Shown here one piece after another: positions 1 to 13,174 of a stretch of DNA of 64,000 bases (the first letter of the stretch is position 1; the number at the start of each line of letters is the position of its first letter). The notes below the pieces were generated by a model, which saw nothing but the letters and a program-made list of their open reading frames with translations, was not told the DNA's origin and made no database searches. The translations under genes were made by a program, and so were the position numbers. The DNA comes from Octopus vulgaris (lineage: Eukaryota): the NCBI GenBank assembly GCA_951406725.2, contig OX597835.1, positions 28,768,001 through 28,832,000 of the forward strand, given 5' to 3'.

Positions 1-330
1 GAGAGGGGCAGCCCCAGCGCCCAACTGGTGCTTATTTTATCGATCCCGAAAGGATAAAAGATAAAGTCAACCACGGCGTAATTTGAACTCAGAACGTGAA
101 ACCTGTAGAAATGCGGTTAAGCATTTTGCCCTGTGTGTTAGTGATTCTGTCAGGTTACCGCCTTAATTAGTAATTTCAAATTTTGGCAGAAGGCCAGCAA
201 TTTCTGGGAAGGGGTTTACATGGACCCCAATCGTCAACTGGCACTTATTTTATGGACATCGAAACGTCGACCTCGGCGGAATTTGAACCCAGAACGTAAA
301 GCCGGAAGAAATGCCGCTAAGCATTTTGTT
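1..330 (-). mobile_element. Two degenerate copies of SINE family B (tRNA-like head, central GTCGACTTTGCCTTTCATCCTTTCGGGGTCGATAAA domain)
   Basis: Reverse complement matches the family-B copies at 10882 and 60305 (GTTCTGAGTTCAAATT..CCGAGGTCGAC). Confidence 0.8.
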
Positions 331-465
331 CTTAATTTGATATAAATTTGATATAAATTAATTAAAATTAATTAAAAATTTAGATGCAGCATTCGGTTGT
401 TAATTTCTTTTCGTCACCGAAATTATGGCTCTGCTAATCGATAAAAATGCTTACATACTTACAAG

Positions 466-500
<35 letters not shown>

Positions 501-880
501 CCAGACCCTGGATTTCTGGCTCTGTATAAAAGTACTTTGCTTTCGTCAATGAAATATATCAAGAATTGTAGTATCAAGTGGCATGATGTGGTTTTAGAGC
601 CAGGTTTTGACTGCTATTTCAAGCATTGTGGTATCTCTTAGACACCCGTATTTATAATTTTAATAATAATTACAACCCATAAGGTTTTTTTTGTTCCTAT
701 GCTACCACTTGTTGTGATCGTTATTGAAATAACAATCATATCCTTTTTTATATAGAAATTTATATATATTCACTTTCTAGTTTGATAATAGAGTTTTTTT
801 ATAAGAAAATTTATTGTATTATTTATTTCTTAAAAAATATTGTTTAAATATTTTTGATTAATTATTAAAATATTACAATT

Positions 881-971
881 AACCCGAAGATTGACTGTAA
901 CCTTAACTCGAATTATTAATTGAATTTAAATTGTTATTCGAATTGGTTACGGGCATGAAACGATCGTAGTG
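881..971 (+). ncRNA. Decayed minimal type-I hammerhead ribozyme motif (Penelope-like end)
   Basis: CCGAAGA (core with U4->C), stem II TGACTGTAACC/GGTTACGGGCA, GAAA, palindromic ACGATCGT, GUA site. Confidence 0.55.
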
Positions 972-1179
972 TTTTTCCTCTTTATCTTATATTAAACTTT
1001 TAATAGTTTTTGATAGTTTAAAAAAAAAAAAATAAATATAAAAATATAAAAATATATAAAAATTTTAAAAAATAACAAAAATAAAAAATATAAATAAAAA
1101 AATAAATAATTAAATAAAATAATAATAAATACATATATATATATTTATAATTTATAAGTTTAGATTATTAATTTAAATA

Positions 1180-1575
1180 ATTTTTTAAAAATTTTAACTT
1201 TAATTTAAATATTTTAATTGGAATTTTATATTTTATATTTTATATTTTTTATATATTTTTTAATTAATTTTATTTCTATGTATTGGCTAATGATTTTCAC
1301 TGTTTGATTTGTCTAATAGTGGTTTTATCTCTAATGTAATATAATATATATATATATATATATATAAATTAAATTAGAGATAAAACCACTATTAGGCAAA
1401 TCAAACAGTGAAAAACATAAACCAAAATATAGAAATATAAATAATTAATATAATATACAAAATATATAAAATATAAAATTTAAAATTTAAATTATTTAAA
1501 TTTAAAGTTAAAAATGTAAAATTTCACTGTTTGATTTGCCTAATAGTGGTTTTATCTCTAATTTAATTTATATTT
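1180..1575. repeat. Inverted-repeat cluster centred on a (TA)n tract
   Basis: TTTCACTGTTTGATTTG(T/C)CTAATAGTGGTTTTATCTCTAAT at ~1295 (+), ~1372-1413 (inverted) and ~1522 (+). Confidence 0.85.
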
Positions 1576-1639
1576 ATACTGTAAAATTAGATTTAATCCT
1601 AAATCTAATTTTCCCCTGTAAGTTTGGGTTTACTCCTAA

Positions 1640-1745
<106 letters not shown>

Positions 1746-2360
1746 AATATTTATATATATTTGAAGAAATGAGGTCCTCAGAAATCCGGATGGTTTTATA
1801 TTTACCCATATTTATTAGTATGTTACATGTTTTTATACATCATATATCATATTTCAGATATTATAGCGCTTTCGTCCATTCTAGTGGAGTCTTCAAATTG
1901 AACTAAGTTTTTGCAGGAATTTTTACTCTTTTTATAGTATTATTGAGTGTGCAGTGGTGGGGAGAGATAAGATAGTACAAGAAGGGGATGAATGGGGAGA
2001 AAGTGAGAGAGAGCATGTGTGTGTGCGTGTGTGTGTGTATGTGTGTGTGTGTGTGTTTTTGTAGCTGAAAGGAAGAAGTTTTAAAGAAAAAGAAGGAAAG
2101 AAAGAAAAGGGAGAGAAAGAAATTTTTTTATCTCTTTGCAGCTGGTTAGGTTGTCAATAATAATTGATTCTTGGCTTTTAGTAATGGCTAATACAGCTGT
2201 TTACTTTAAGAAGGGCAAAATGTCACTTTTCAAACAATTGTCCGGATTTCCTTTTTATCCTTGTCTTGTGAGAGAGTGCGTGTGTGTATGTGCGTGCGTG
2301 TGTGTGCGCGTGTGTGAGTGTTTTTGTATCTGAAAGAATGTTAAAGAAAAAATATATACG

Positions 2361-2401
<41 letters not shown>

Positions 2402-2404
2402 TTG

Positions 2405-2580
2405 TTGTTCAATGATCCACATGAGGAGCAGATAGGCAACCGACAACTGATGAAGGGTTGTTCTTTATGTTACTTGTCTTGTTTTCCATCTGTTTCTCTC
2501 GTTGTTTGCGTATTCAATGCACTTGTTTTCGTATTTCATGCTGTTTACTGTTTGTGACGTGCTGTACCCATATATGCATA
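2405..2580 (+). mobile_element. Unclassified interspersed repeat ending in a (TA)n tract; second copy at ~20230-20430
   Basis: Shared ACAACTGA(T/C)GAAG..TTCTTT(A/G)TGTTACTTGTC..GCGTATT..CGTATTTCATG. Confidence 0.7.
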
Positions 2581-2592
2581 CATATCTATATA

Positions 2593-2742
<150 letters not shown>

Positions 2743-2849
2743 TATATATATATATATGCATATATATATTTATATGTATGCATATATATATATGCATACA
2801 CAAACGTTCATACATATATGCTCACATACATATATACTAATATGCGTAA

Positions 2850-3125
2850 CGACTGCGTGGCACCTTGGGCAAGTGTCTTCTACTATAGCCTTAGGCCGAC
2901 CAAAGACTTGTGAGTGGATTTGGTAGACGGAACCTGAAAGAAGCCCGTCATATATATGTATATGTATATGTGTGTGTGTTTGTGCCCATCCCCGATGCTG
3001 GTGTGTTTACGTCCGCGTTATGTGTAATAGGCTTACAAAGTCCTGGGATCGATTTCTTCGACTAAAATCCATTAAGGTGGTGCTCCAGCATGGCTGCAGT
3101 CATGTAGCTGAAAGAATTAAAAGAG
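2850..3125 (+). mobile_element. SINE family A, partial and deleted copy
   Basis: CTGCGTGGCACCTTGGGCAAGTGTCTTCTACTATAGCC..GGTGCTCCAGCATGG. Confidence 0.85.
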
Positions 3126-3405
3126 GAAAAATAGTAGTGCACGTTAATTGTCAAAATAAAAAAAAATGGAAATATTTGAAGAAAAATAAAATACCTGTAC
3201 GGCCATTTGGAGTGAAGTGACATTTTAAAATTCTGAGAATAGAATTTGGTAGAATTTGCAGATTGGTAGCATCGTAGATGTTTACTTCCAGAGACTGATC
3301 ATACTGGAGAGAGTCTATAACGAGCAGCGTGCTGCCCAGGACCATCCAGTGCTTCAGCACCCTGTATCAACGAATGTATTATCTCACGCAGTCATTTTAG
3401 TCTCT

Positions 3406-3513
<108 letters not shown>

Positions 3514-3541
3514 TTATCTCTCTCTCTCACTATATATATAT

Positions 3542-3761
3542 ACTCTTTTACTATTTTACTTGTTTCAGTCATTTCACTGCGGCCATGCTGGAGCACCGCC
3601 TTTAATCGAGCAACTCGACCCCGGGACTTATTCTTTTGTAAGCCCAGTACTTATTCTATCGGTCTCTTTTGCCGAACCGCTAAGTAACAGGGACATAAAC
3701 ACACCAGCATCGGTTGTCAAGCAATGCTAGGGGGAAAAACACAGACACACAAACACACACA

Positions 3762-3804
<43 letters not shown>

Positions 3805-3966
3805 GACAGGCTTCTTTCAGTTTCCGTCTACCAAATCCACTCACAAGTCTTTGGTCGGCCCGAGGCTATAGCAGAAGACACTTGCCCAAGATACCACGCA
3901 GTGGGACTGAGCCCAGAACTATGTGGTTGGTTAGCAACCTACTTACCACACAACCACTCCTGCGCC
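3542..3966 (-). mobile_element. SINE family A, full length (tRNA-like head, internal TA/TG tract, AAAGAGT tail)
   Basis: Reverse complement is nearly identical to 17974-18383. Confidence 0.92.
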
Positions 3967-4094
3967 ATTGTATAACTATATATCTACCCACCAGTTTCAA
4001 CGTCCACCTGTCTATCAATAGATATCTATTCAGCAAATATATTTGTTGGCCTAGTATTGGAGTATGTATGTATGTGTGTGTGTATGAATGATTG

Positions 4095-4480
4095 CATTAC
4101 GAACCACATGGTTCTGGGTTCAGTCCCACTGCGTGGCATCTTGGGCAAGTGTCTTCTGCTATAGCCTCGGGCCGACCAAAGCCTTGTGAGTGGATTTGGT
4201 AGACGGAAACTGAAAGAAGCCTGTCGTATATATGTATATATATGTATGTATGTGTATATATATGTCTGTGTGTCTGTGTTTGTCCCTCTAGCATTGCTTG
4301 ACAATCGATGCTGGTGTGTTTACGTCCCCGTCACCTAGCGGTTCGGCAAAAGCGACCGATAGAATAAGTACTGGGCTTACAAAGAATAAGTCCCGGGGAC
4401 GATTTGCTCGGCTAAAGGCGGTGCTCCAGCATGGCCGCAGTCAAATGACTGAAACAAGTAAAAGAGTAAAAGTAAAGAGT
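4095..4480 (+). mobile_element. SINE family A, near full length
   Basis: Colinear with 17974-18383; head-to-head with 3542-3966. Confidence 0.92.
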
Positions 4481-4529
4481 ATATATATATATATATATAT
4501 ATATGCCCGCTTTCTGTATGTATCTGTGC

Positions 4530-4690
<161 letters not shown>

Positions 4691-4989
4691 TTTTGTCTAT
4701 CTATCAATCCACAAACATACCGTACTTACCCATCTACCCACTCACCCACCCACCTACCAGCCTACCTATCTATAGATGTATGTTTATTTGTGTTTTGTAT
4801 AGAATTAGCAGATGTTCAGGGCTGAGGAATTTTCTGCTTCTGCGAAGGAAACCCAACCTTTGTGACGTAGTCTTGAAAGGTTATCGGAGATTGTAAGACA
4901 TAGCGTTTGTAGGGAGTGTGATTCTAGTCGTGGCAGCCGAGACAGTCGTACATAACTACATATCGATGTACATAAGTACGCATGGAAGT

Positions 4990-4994
<5 letters not shown>

Positions 4995-5026
<32 letters not shown>

Positions 5027-5858
5027 TGTATGTATGTATGTATGTATGTATGTATGTATGTATGTATGTATGTATGTATGTATGTGCGTATGTATGTGAG
5101 TATGTATGTAAGTATGTATGTATGTAAGTATGTATGTGTGTGTGTATGTATGTATGTATGTGCGTATATATATATATGTATGTATGTATGCATGTATGCC
5201 TGCATGTATGCATGCTTGCATGTATGTATTATGTATGCATGTATGCGTGCATATATGTATGTATGATTCTATGCAAGTATGTATGTATACACGCATGTAT
5301 GCATGGTTGCATGTATGCATGTAATGCGTGTATGTATGAATGTACGCATGTATGTATAATACTATGTATGTATGTATGTATATATGTATGTATGCATGCT
5401 TGCATGTATGTATGTATGCATGTATGCATATGAATGTATGTATGCATATAAGTATGTATGTATGTATATATGTATATATGTACGTATATATGCATGTATG
5501 TATATGTATGTCTGTATGTCTGTATGTATGAGTGTATGTATGTATGTACGTACGTATGTATGTATATATGTATGTATGTATGTATGTATATATGTATGTA
5601 TGCATGTATGCATATGAATGTATGTATGCATATAAGTATGTATGTATGTATATATGTATATATGTACGTATATATGCATATATGTATATGTATGTCTGTA
5701 TGTCTGTATGTATGAGTGTATGTATGTATGTACGTACGTATGTATGTATATATGTATGTATGTATGTATGTATATATGTATGTATGTATACATGTATGTA
5801 TGTATGTATGTATGTATGTATGTATGTATGTATGTATGTATGTACGTACGTATGTATG

Positions 5859-5889
<31 letters not shown>

Positions 5890-6142
5890 ATATGTATGTA
5901 TGTATACATGTATGTATGTATGTATGTATGTATGTATGTATGTATGTCCGTCTGTCTGTATGTATGTATGTATGTATGTATGTATATATGTATGTATACA
6001 TGTATGTATGTATGTATGTATGTATGTATATATGTATGTATACATGTATGTATGTACGTATGTATGTATGTATGTGTGTGTATGTATGTATGTATGTATG
6101 TATGTATGTATGTATGTATGTATGTATGTATGTATGTATGCA
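4995..6142. repeat. Compound (TATG)n array, ~1.15 kb
   Basis: Direct reading; an internal variant block repeats at 184-bp spacing (TGAATG at 5431 and 5615). Confidence 0.97.
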
Positions 6143-6489
6143 TTTGTTAGGGTGCGTAAACACGCACACAGGGATATACGTGTGTACGATCAAGAATCAA
6201 CACGTACAAGTACATAAACACGCACCTCTATTTTCTAGTAGTAGAGGGACAATCTACCCACCCGTCATCCCACCGCCCCCCCCAAATAAGTATGGTGATA
6301 ATGTACCCCTTACCTATATTGGTGGTTTCATCCCTCTGCGTATCAATCCATCAATGCCATTTATACATACATGCGCACTACACAAGCACTCGCACGCGCA
6401 CTCACAAACATACGTGTGTATATCGGTATATGCGTATATGCGTAAGTCCTACTGCGTATGTATCATATATCTGTGGATGTGTGGATGTA

Positions 6490-6534
<45 letters not shown>

Positions 6535-6623
6535 ATGTATATGTATACCTATATACATGTATACATTCATAAATACATACGTGTATACACATATATCATA
6601 CTCACGTGTCTGTGTGTTAAATA

Positions 6624-7045
<422 letters not shown>

Positions 7046-7189
7046 GCACATCTTAACTAACGTACAAACACGCTCGCATACACCAGGATAGTAACACACA
7101 CACACACATACACACATACACACATACACACACACTTATATTAATGCAAATCGATAAATAAACAGACAGATAATAGATAGAATCACTTT

Positions 7190-7380
7190 ACATTAAAGAA
7201 GAAGCAACCTGGTTGGCGCCAACCTGGCTGAAGCCGGATTCTACGATGATGTAATCTGTTACAACCAATCATTTTAGCGGACCAATTCCTCAGTGGAATT
7301 TTTTTTTTTCCCGGATTTGTTTAAACTTTCGAGCTAATTTCTGCTGTTGAAAACTGACCCGAACCAAATCTCTGTATAAG

Positions 7381-7411
<31 letters not shown>

Positions 7412-7540
7412 AGAAAAGTAAGCGGGCGGTGATGGCGTCGGCGGTGTCGGAGGCGGCGAATTGTTCTGCTGTTGCTGCCATGGAGTACTTAGTGCCTTGT
7501 TACTGAAACCAGCTTGTTGTTTACCTGAGGAAAAGAGCAT
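7190..7540. other. Unique CpG-rich segment: candidate promoter or host exon
   Basis: Palindrome GGTTGGCGCCAACC 7211-7224, two CCAAT boxes, GATGGCGTCGGCG start of a 24-codon + ORF; on minus strand CTCTTTTCCTCAG|GTAAAC at 7525/7524. Confidence 0.3.
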
Positions 7541-7588
7541 ACGTACACACATTCATACATACTTACATACCTACATATAAATAGGCAG

Positions 7589-7626
<38 letters not shown>

Positions 7627-7974
7627 ATACACACATAACACACACATACACACACATACACACACACACACATACACACACACACGAACGTATATATAGA
7701 CATAGTCTCATTTGCTGCTTACGTGCGTATGCACGTGCATGCATGTTCGAGTGTGTGCGCGCGTGCGTGCTCGCACACGTGTGTGTGTGTGTGTATGTGT
7801 TTGTGTGTGTGAGTGTGTGTGTCTGTGTGCAGTAATAAAACTCAAATGAACTACATCAAGTGCATTTCAACTCGTCGAATCGACGTGAAATATTAATTTA
7901 CTGAAAGTGCTCAACGACCACTTATAAATAATCGTTAATTACTCGGGGCTATGATATGTGTCACTAATAAATTT

Positions 7975-8525
7975 TTGTGCTACAGGCACAAGGCATGAAA
8001 TTTGGGGAAGGGTGGAGTTGTCGATTATCTCGACCCCCTCCCCATACTATTTAAACGATATTTATTTTATCGATCCTGAAAAGACAAGTGACGCAGTTGA
8101 CCTTGGCAGAATTTGAACCTAGAACTTAAAGACTATCTTGACCCCCACCGCTTAAGTGATATTTATTTTATCGACCTCGAAAAGACAAGTGACGCAGTCG
8201 ACGCCGGTGGAATTTGAACTTAGAACGTAAAGACGGAGTAAATGCCGCTAAACATTTTGTCCGATGAGATAAGGAATCTGTCAGTTCGTCGCCTTATGTA
8301 CGTCTAATGAAACTAATACAATGGTTTCAACTTATGACACAAGGCCAGCAATTTTGAGGGAGGTGGGCATGAGGGGATTACATCGATCCCAGATCTTAAC
8401 GCTTACTTCTTTTATCGACTCTGAAAGGATAAAAGGCTAGGTCGACCTCAGTGGAATTTGAACTCAGAACATAGCGACGGACGCAATAACGCTAAGAATT
8501 TCGCCAGGCGTGTTAACGATTCTTA
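7975..8525 (-). mobile_element. Degenerate SINE family B copies
   Basis: TTTATCGAC..GAAA..GTCGAC..GGAATTTGAACT.AGAAC motifs. Confidence 0.8.
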
Positions 8526-9492
8526 TTTTTTATTACCCACAAGGGGCTAAACATAGAGGGGACAAACAAGGACAGACAGACGGATAAAGTCGATTACATC
8601 GACCCCAGTGCGTAACTGGTACTTAATTTATCGACCCCGAAAGGATGAAAGACAAAATTGACCTCGGCAGAATTTGATCTCAGAACGTAACGGCAGACGA
8701 AATACCTATTTCTTTACTACCCACAAGGGGCTAAACACAGAGAGGACAAACAAGGACAGACAAACGGATTAAGTCGATTATATGGACTCCAGGGCGTAAC
8801 TGGTACTTATTTAATCGACTCAGAAAGGATGACAGGCAAAGTCGACCTCGGCGGAATTTGAACTTAGAACGTAACGGCAGACGAAATACCTATTTCTTTA
8901 CTACCCACAAGGGGCTAAACACAGAGAGGACAAACAAGGACAGACATACGGATAAAGTCGATTACATCGACCCCAGTGCGTAACTGGTACTTAATTTATC
9001 GACCCCGAAAGGATGAAAGACAAAATCGACCTCGGCGGAATTTGAACTTAGAACGTAACGGCAGACGAAATACCTATTTCTTTACTACCCACAAGGGGCT
9101 AAACACAGAGAGGACAAACAAGGACACACTAACGGATTAAGTCGATTATATGGACTCCAGGGCGTAACTGGTACTTATTTAATCGACTCAGAAAGGATGA
9201 CAGGCAAAGTCGACCTCGGCGGAATTTGAACTTAGAACGTAACGGCAGACGAAATACCTATTTCTTTACTACCCACAAGGGGCTAAACACAGAGAGGACA
9301 AACAAGGACAGATAAACGGATTAAGTCGATTATATGGACTCCAGGGCGTAACTGGTACTTATTTAATCGACTCCGAAAGGATGACAGGCAAAGTCGACCT
9401 CGGCGGAATTTGAACTTAGAACGTAACGGCAGACGAAATACCGCTAAGTATTTCGCCCGACGTACTAACGTTTCTGCCAGCTCGCCGCCTTA
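8525..9492 (-). repeat. Tandem array of five ~184-bp SINE-B-derived units
   Basis: Unit start TATTTCTTTACTACCCACAAGGGGCTAAAC at ~8525, 8708, 8891, 9075 and 9259; the SINE head closes the array at ~9490. Confidence 0.93.
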
Positions 9493-10881
9493 CCTTGAAG
9501 CTAATATAATGAAATTTAGTAGTGTTTTCCTGTGTTTTATTCCGTGTACCGCATGCACTCTTGGTTAACATTTCTGTCTTTCAATTATTAATGCTTTCTG
9601 TCCCTTCTTTTACCATTTCCGACGAGTTATTGTGTTCCTGATTATAAACTATAAGCTCACCATCATCATTATTACTAGTATCTGATGTATCGTATTCAGA
9701 GAATGAAACATTATAGACAAATTCAGGTATATGAAATACCATACCATATAAAATCTTGAATTATTAAAATTATCTCCACCTCTAGGGGATATGTCACAAT
9801 TACCAAGTGACAATTAAGATCAGCTTCACTTGGTAAAGAGTGATAATCTCAAGGCTTAAAAATCCCCCAAAGTTGACATGCTATTAAAGAGAAGGATAGG
9901 CTTATCCCGCTGTCAGCGCACGTTTCCAGGCAATGCCGTTAGCTTATAGGTCAGTAGGTTGTGTCACGCAGCATAAATAAAAAATTGGAGACTGACCAAT
10001 CTATTGAAGCAAGTGAGTTTATTTTGTCTTTTCAGGTAAAACAGTCTATGAGGACCAACACGCCTTTTTAGGAATATCTAAATCTACAGTATCCAAAATG
10101 TTCTTTGTTTAAGACGGTAAGCAAAGGCATGTGTGGTATGAGAGAAATTTAGCTTTTATTTGAAGCAAGTTGATCAGCTACGTACCGGCGCCCCTCCTCG
10201 CTATTCTGTCATTTTATTTATTTTTTCGACATCATCTGTAGTTATAAGATATCTTGCGTGACGCTTTACTGTTATCGACAATTCGCTCGATTAACTGGAC
10301 ACTCCGTCGTCAAACGCTTCCTCTCTGGACTCTTCTTCTCTTGATTCTTTGTTTTAGGACTTATCTAGTCTCAGATTTTTGTCGTCAGACTCTACGTTGG
10401 CAGAAATTTGAAGTCTCTACTCTTGGTTGTTACACTCTTCGCTGCCAATCTCTTTACGCAGGACCCGCCTTCAGAACGCTGGAACCTCTGATGTTTTTGC
10501 GTCTGAACTCTTAAGTTCTTGAGCTATTCATTTCTTAATCGCCTTTATCTTCGTCTTTCGACTCTTTGTTGACTGTTCATCGGTTTCATTTATTGTGGTC
10601 TACAGTTTTTCTTCGCAATATTCAATTCTTTAAAATATTCTTCGCAATATTCAATTCTTTAAAATAAAGAGACAGTAAATTGGTTGAGCCGCTAGAGGCC
10701 AAAATAAACTGCTCCATTTATTCTGGTTCTTTACGTCCTGAGTTCAATTCCTACCAAAATCAATGCTACCTTTCATCAGATCGGGGCTAATAAAAATTAA
10801 ATGCCACTATTGGAGTGGTTGAATGGCGGAATTATTAGATCGTCTGACAAAAAGCCTTGCGATATTTATTTCAGCATCTAA

Positions 10882-11275
10882 GACGGTGAGCTGGTAGAAT
10901 CGTTAGCACGCCGGGCGAAATGCTTAGCGGCGTTTCTTTCGCCGCTACGTTCTGAGTTCAAATTCCTCCGAGGTCGACTTTGCCTTTCATCCTTTCGGGA
11001 TCTATTAAATAAGTACGAGTTACGCACTGGGGTCGATATAATCGACTTAATCCGTTTGTCTGTCCTTGTTTGTCCTCTCTGTGTTTAGCCCCTTGTGGGT
11101 AGTAAATAAATAGGTATTTCGTCTGCCGCTACGTTCTGAGTTCAAATTCCGCCGAGGTCGCTTTTGCCATTTATCCTTCCGAGGAAATAAAATGACTTCC
11201 AATTAAGCACTGGAGTCAATGTAATCGACGATGTTCCTCCCCCGAAATTGCTAGCCTTGTACCAAAATTTTATTC
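10882..11275 (+). mobile_element. SINE family B with one internal repeat unit
   Basis: GGTGAGCTGGTAGAATCGTTAGCACGCCGGGCG head; two GTTCTGAGTTCAAATTCC boxes. Confidence 0.9.
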
Positions 11276-11854
11276 CAGTATTTATTCCAGCGTTTGTGTT
11301 CCGAAGTTTGATTTTTAAGGGTAGATTTAATCCTTGGCCAGTTAGTTTAATATCCCCACCAGGTTTTAGGGGTATGTTTAGTGGTAGAGTTCATTTATTC
11401 AGTTTTGACCATTAGAATCAGGTCTCCGAGTGAATATTACATGCTTCACCTTCTGCAAGCTTCGTAGAGCCTTGAACAATAAAAATATCTGGATACTTTC
11501 CCTCCCACTCCCACCCAAACTGTACAATAAATGAATATTTTGATTGAATATATTTACATTTAAACAGTAAAATAGATGTATGTATCCGGCAACGGAAAGT
11601 CCCCAACGACGTAACATCGGCCTATGGATTCGACCAGACATCTTCCTGCTACGAGCGATTTGTCTTCTTTGTTTGGTTATGGTGAAGGTGTTGGGGAGAG
11701 CATCCACCTTGTTGCTTGCCCTGTTACGAACGGCAAAAAGTCTTTCTCCACTCATTGAGCAAAAACCAATGAGAAGCTTCGAGATAGTCACTCATCTTGC
11801 TAGACTAAGCAATCAAATCGACCTTAAGCCACAACATACTATACCTAAATAGAA

Positions 11855-12070
11855 GGCAACGAGTTGTCAGAAGCGTTAACGAATTGGACGAAATGCTTAG
11901 CGGCATTTTTTGCAAAAACATTATGTTCGGTATTCGAATTTCGCTGAGGTCGACTTCACCATTCATCCGTTTCGGATCGATAAAATAAGTACCAGTTGAG
12001 CACTGGGAGTCGATGTATTCGACTAATTCGTTTCCTCTCAAAATTGCCGGCCTTGTGCCAACATTAGAAA
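11855..12070 (+). mobile_element. Degenerate SINE family B
   Basis: GAGGTCGACTTCACCATTCATCCGTTTCGGATCGATAAAATAAGTACCAG. Confidence 0.8.
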
Positions 12071-12166
12071 CAACTACCTTAATAAAACGGGGCAAATTTA
12101 ATCATTTTTCCCGCCTCCCCACCTTAGAATACGGGGTGGTCATGGGTGGAAACGACAACAGCAACA

Positions 12167-12204
<38 letters not shown>

Positions 12205-12434
12205 CAAACACAACAACAGTAACAACTCAACTAAACGCTAGGCTCCAGGAACAAAATATCATAACAGATGGCGCTTAATTAAAAATCAATCACATATGGT
12301 GTTCAAATAAGAATCAATTATTGAATCGATTTATACTGATCGAAATAGCTACTTCTCAAGTTCCTCTCACCACGTTTTGCTTGCCTCTTTCTCTTTCCCC
12401 TCACCACGTTACACATGCGCACACACACACACAG

Positions 12435-12475
<41 letters not shown>

Positions 12476-12583
12476 CAAGTATGTGTATATATATATGTAT
12501 GTATGTGTGCGCGCGTGTGTGTATATATACATGCACAAATATTTGTATATGTATTTATATGTATGTATGGGTGTATACACACG

Positions 12584-12641
<58 letters not shown>

Positions 12642-12660
12642 TATACATATATACATATAT

Positions 12661-12715
<55 letters not shown>

Positions 12716-12879
12716 ATGTACGCACATACACATACTGAGGTTGGCCTAGTTAAAAGTGGATTCAAGTGTCATATCTCTGCTCATATTCTGTTTTGTAGCA
12801 GGCAAAGCTGTGTAGTTAAGAAAGTCGCTTTGCAACCATGTGGTTTCGGGTTCAGACTTCTGCAATTACCTCTCGCTGG

Positions 12880-13174
12880 TCAGAGCGTGAAGTCGTGAGT
12901 TCGATTCCTGGATTGGGCTGTGCGTTGTGTTCTTGAGCAAGACATGTTGCTCCAGTTCACTCAGCTGTAGAAATGAGTTGCGATGTCACTGGTGCCAAGC
13001 TGAATCGGTCCCTTTGCTTTTCCCTTGGATAACATCAGTGGCGAGGAAAAGGATGGTATGCATGCGTGACTGCTGCTCTTCCGTAAACAACCTTGTCTGG
13101 ACTTGTGTCTCGGAGGGGAACTTTCCAGGTGTAATCTCATGGTAATTCATAACCGAAGGGGGACTTTACCCTTA
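12880..13174 (+). mobile_element. tRNA-derived SINE (family D); its 3' ~70 bp recur at 14540-14612
   Basis: B-box GAGTTCGATTCC; tail GGACTTGTGTCTCGGAGGGGAACTTTCCAGG..GGGGACTTTACCC duplicated. Confidence 0.7.

Noticed and set aside
2447-2470. CTGATGA as a hammerhead core
   Set aside because: No stem II or downstream GAAA found
4805-6572. Long ORFs of 300-460 aa (YIHT/MYVC repeats)
   Set aside because: Translations of (TATG)n, which has no stop codons; the same applies to the IY, LSIY, poly-I, poly-N and poly-L ORFs throughout
7200-7278. LAEAGFYDDVIC resembling a BIR motif
   Set aside because: Wrong spacing, stop codon soon after, and the remaining zinc ligands are missing
8525-9492. Regular repeats as a CRISPR array
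   Set aside because: Whole units repeat with no unique spacers; eukaryotic SINE sequence and no cas genes
11399-11852. ORFs of 90-130 aa in non-repeat-looking sequence
   Set aside because: No recognisable motif or convincing splice sites
12160-12222. Poly-Q coding exon
   Set aside because: The ORF starts inside a SINE; the CAG tract has no splice support
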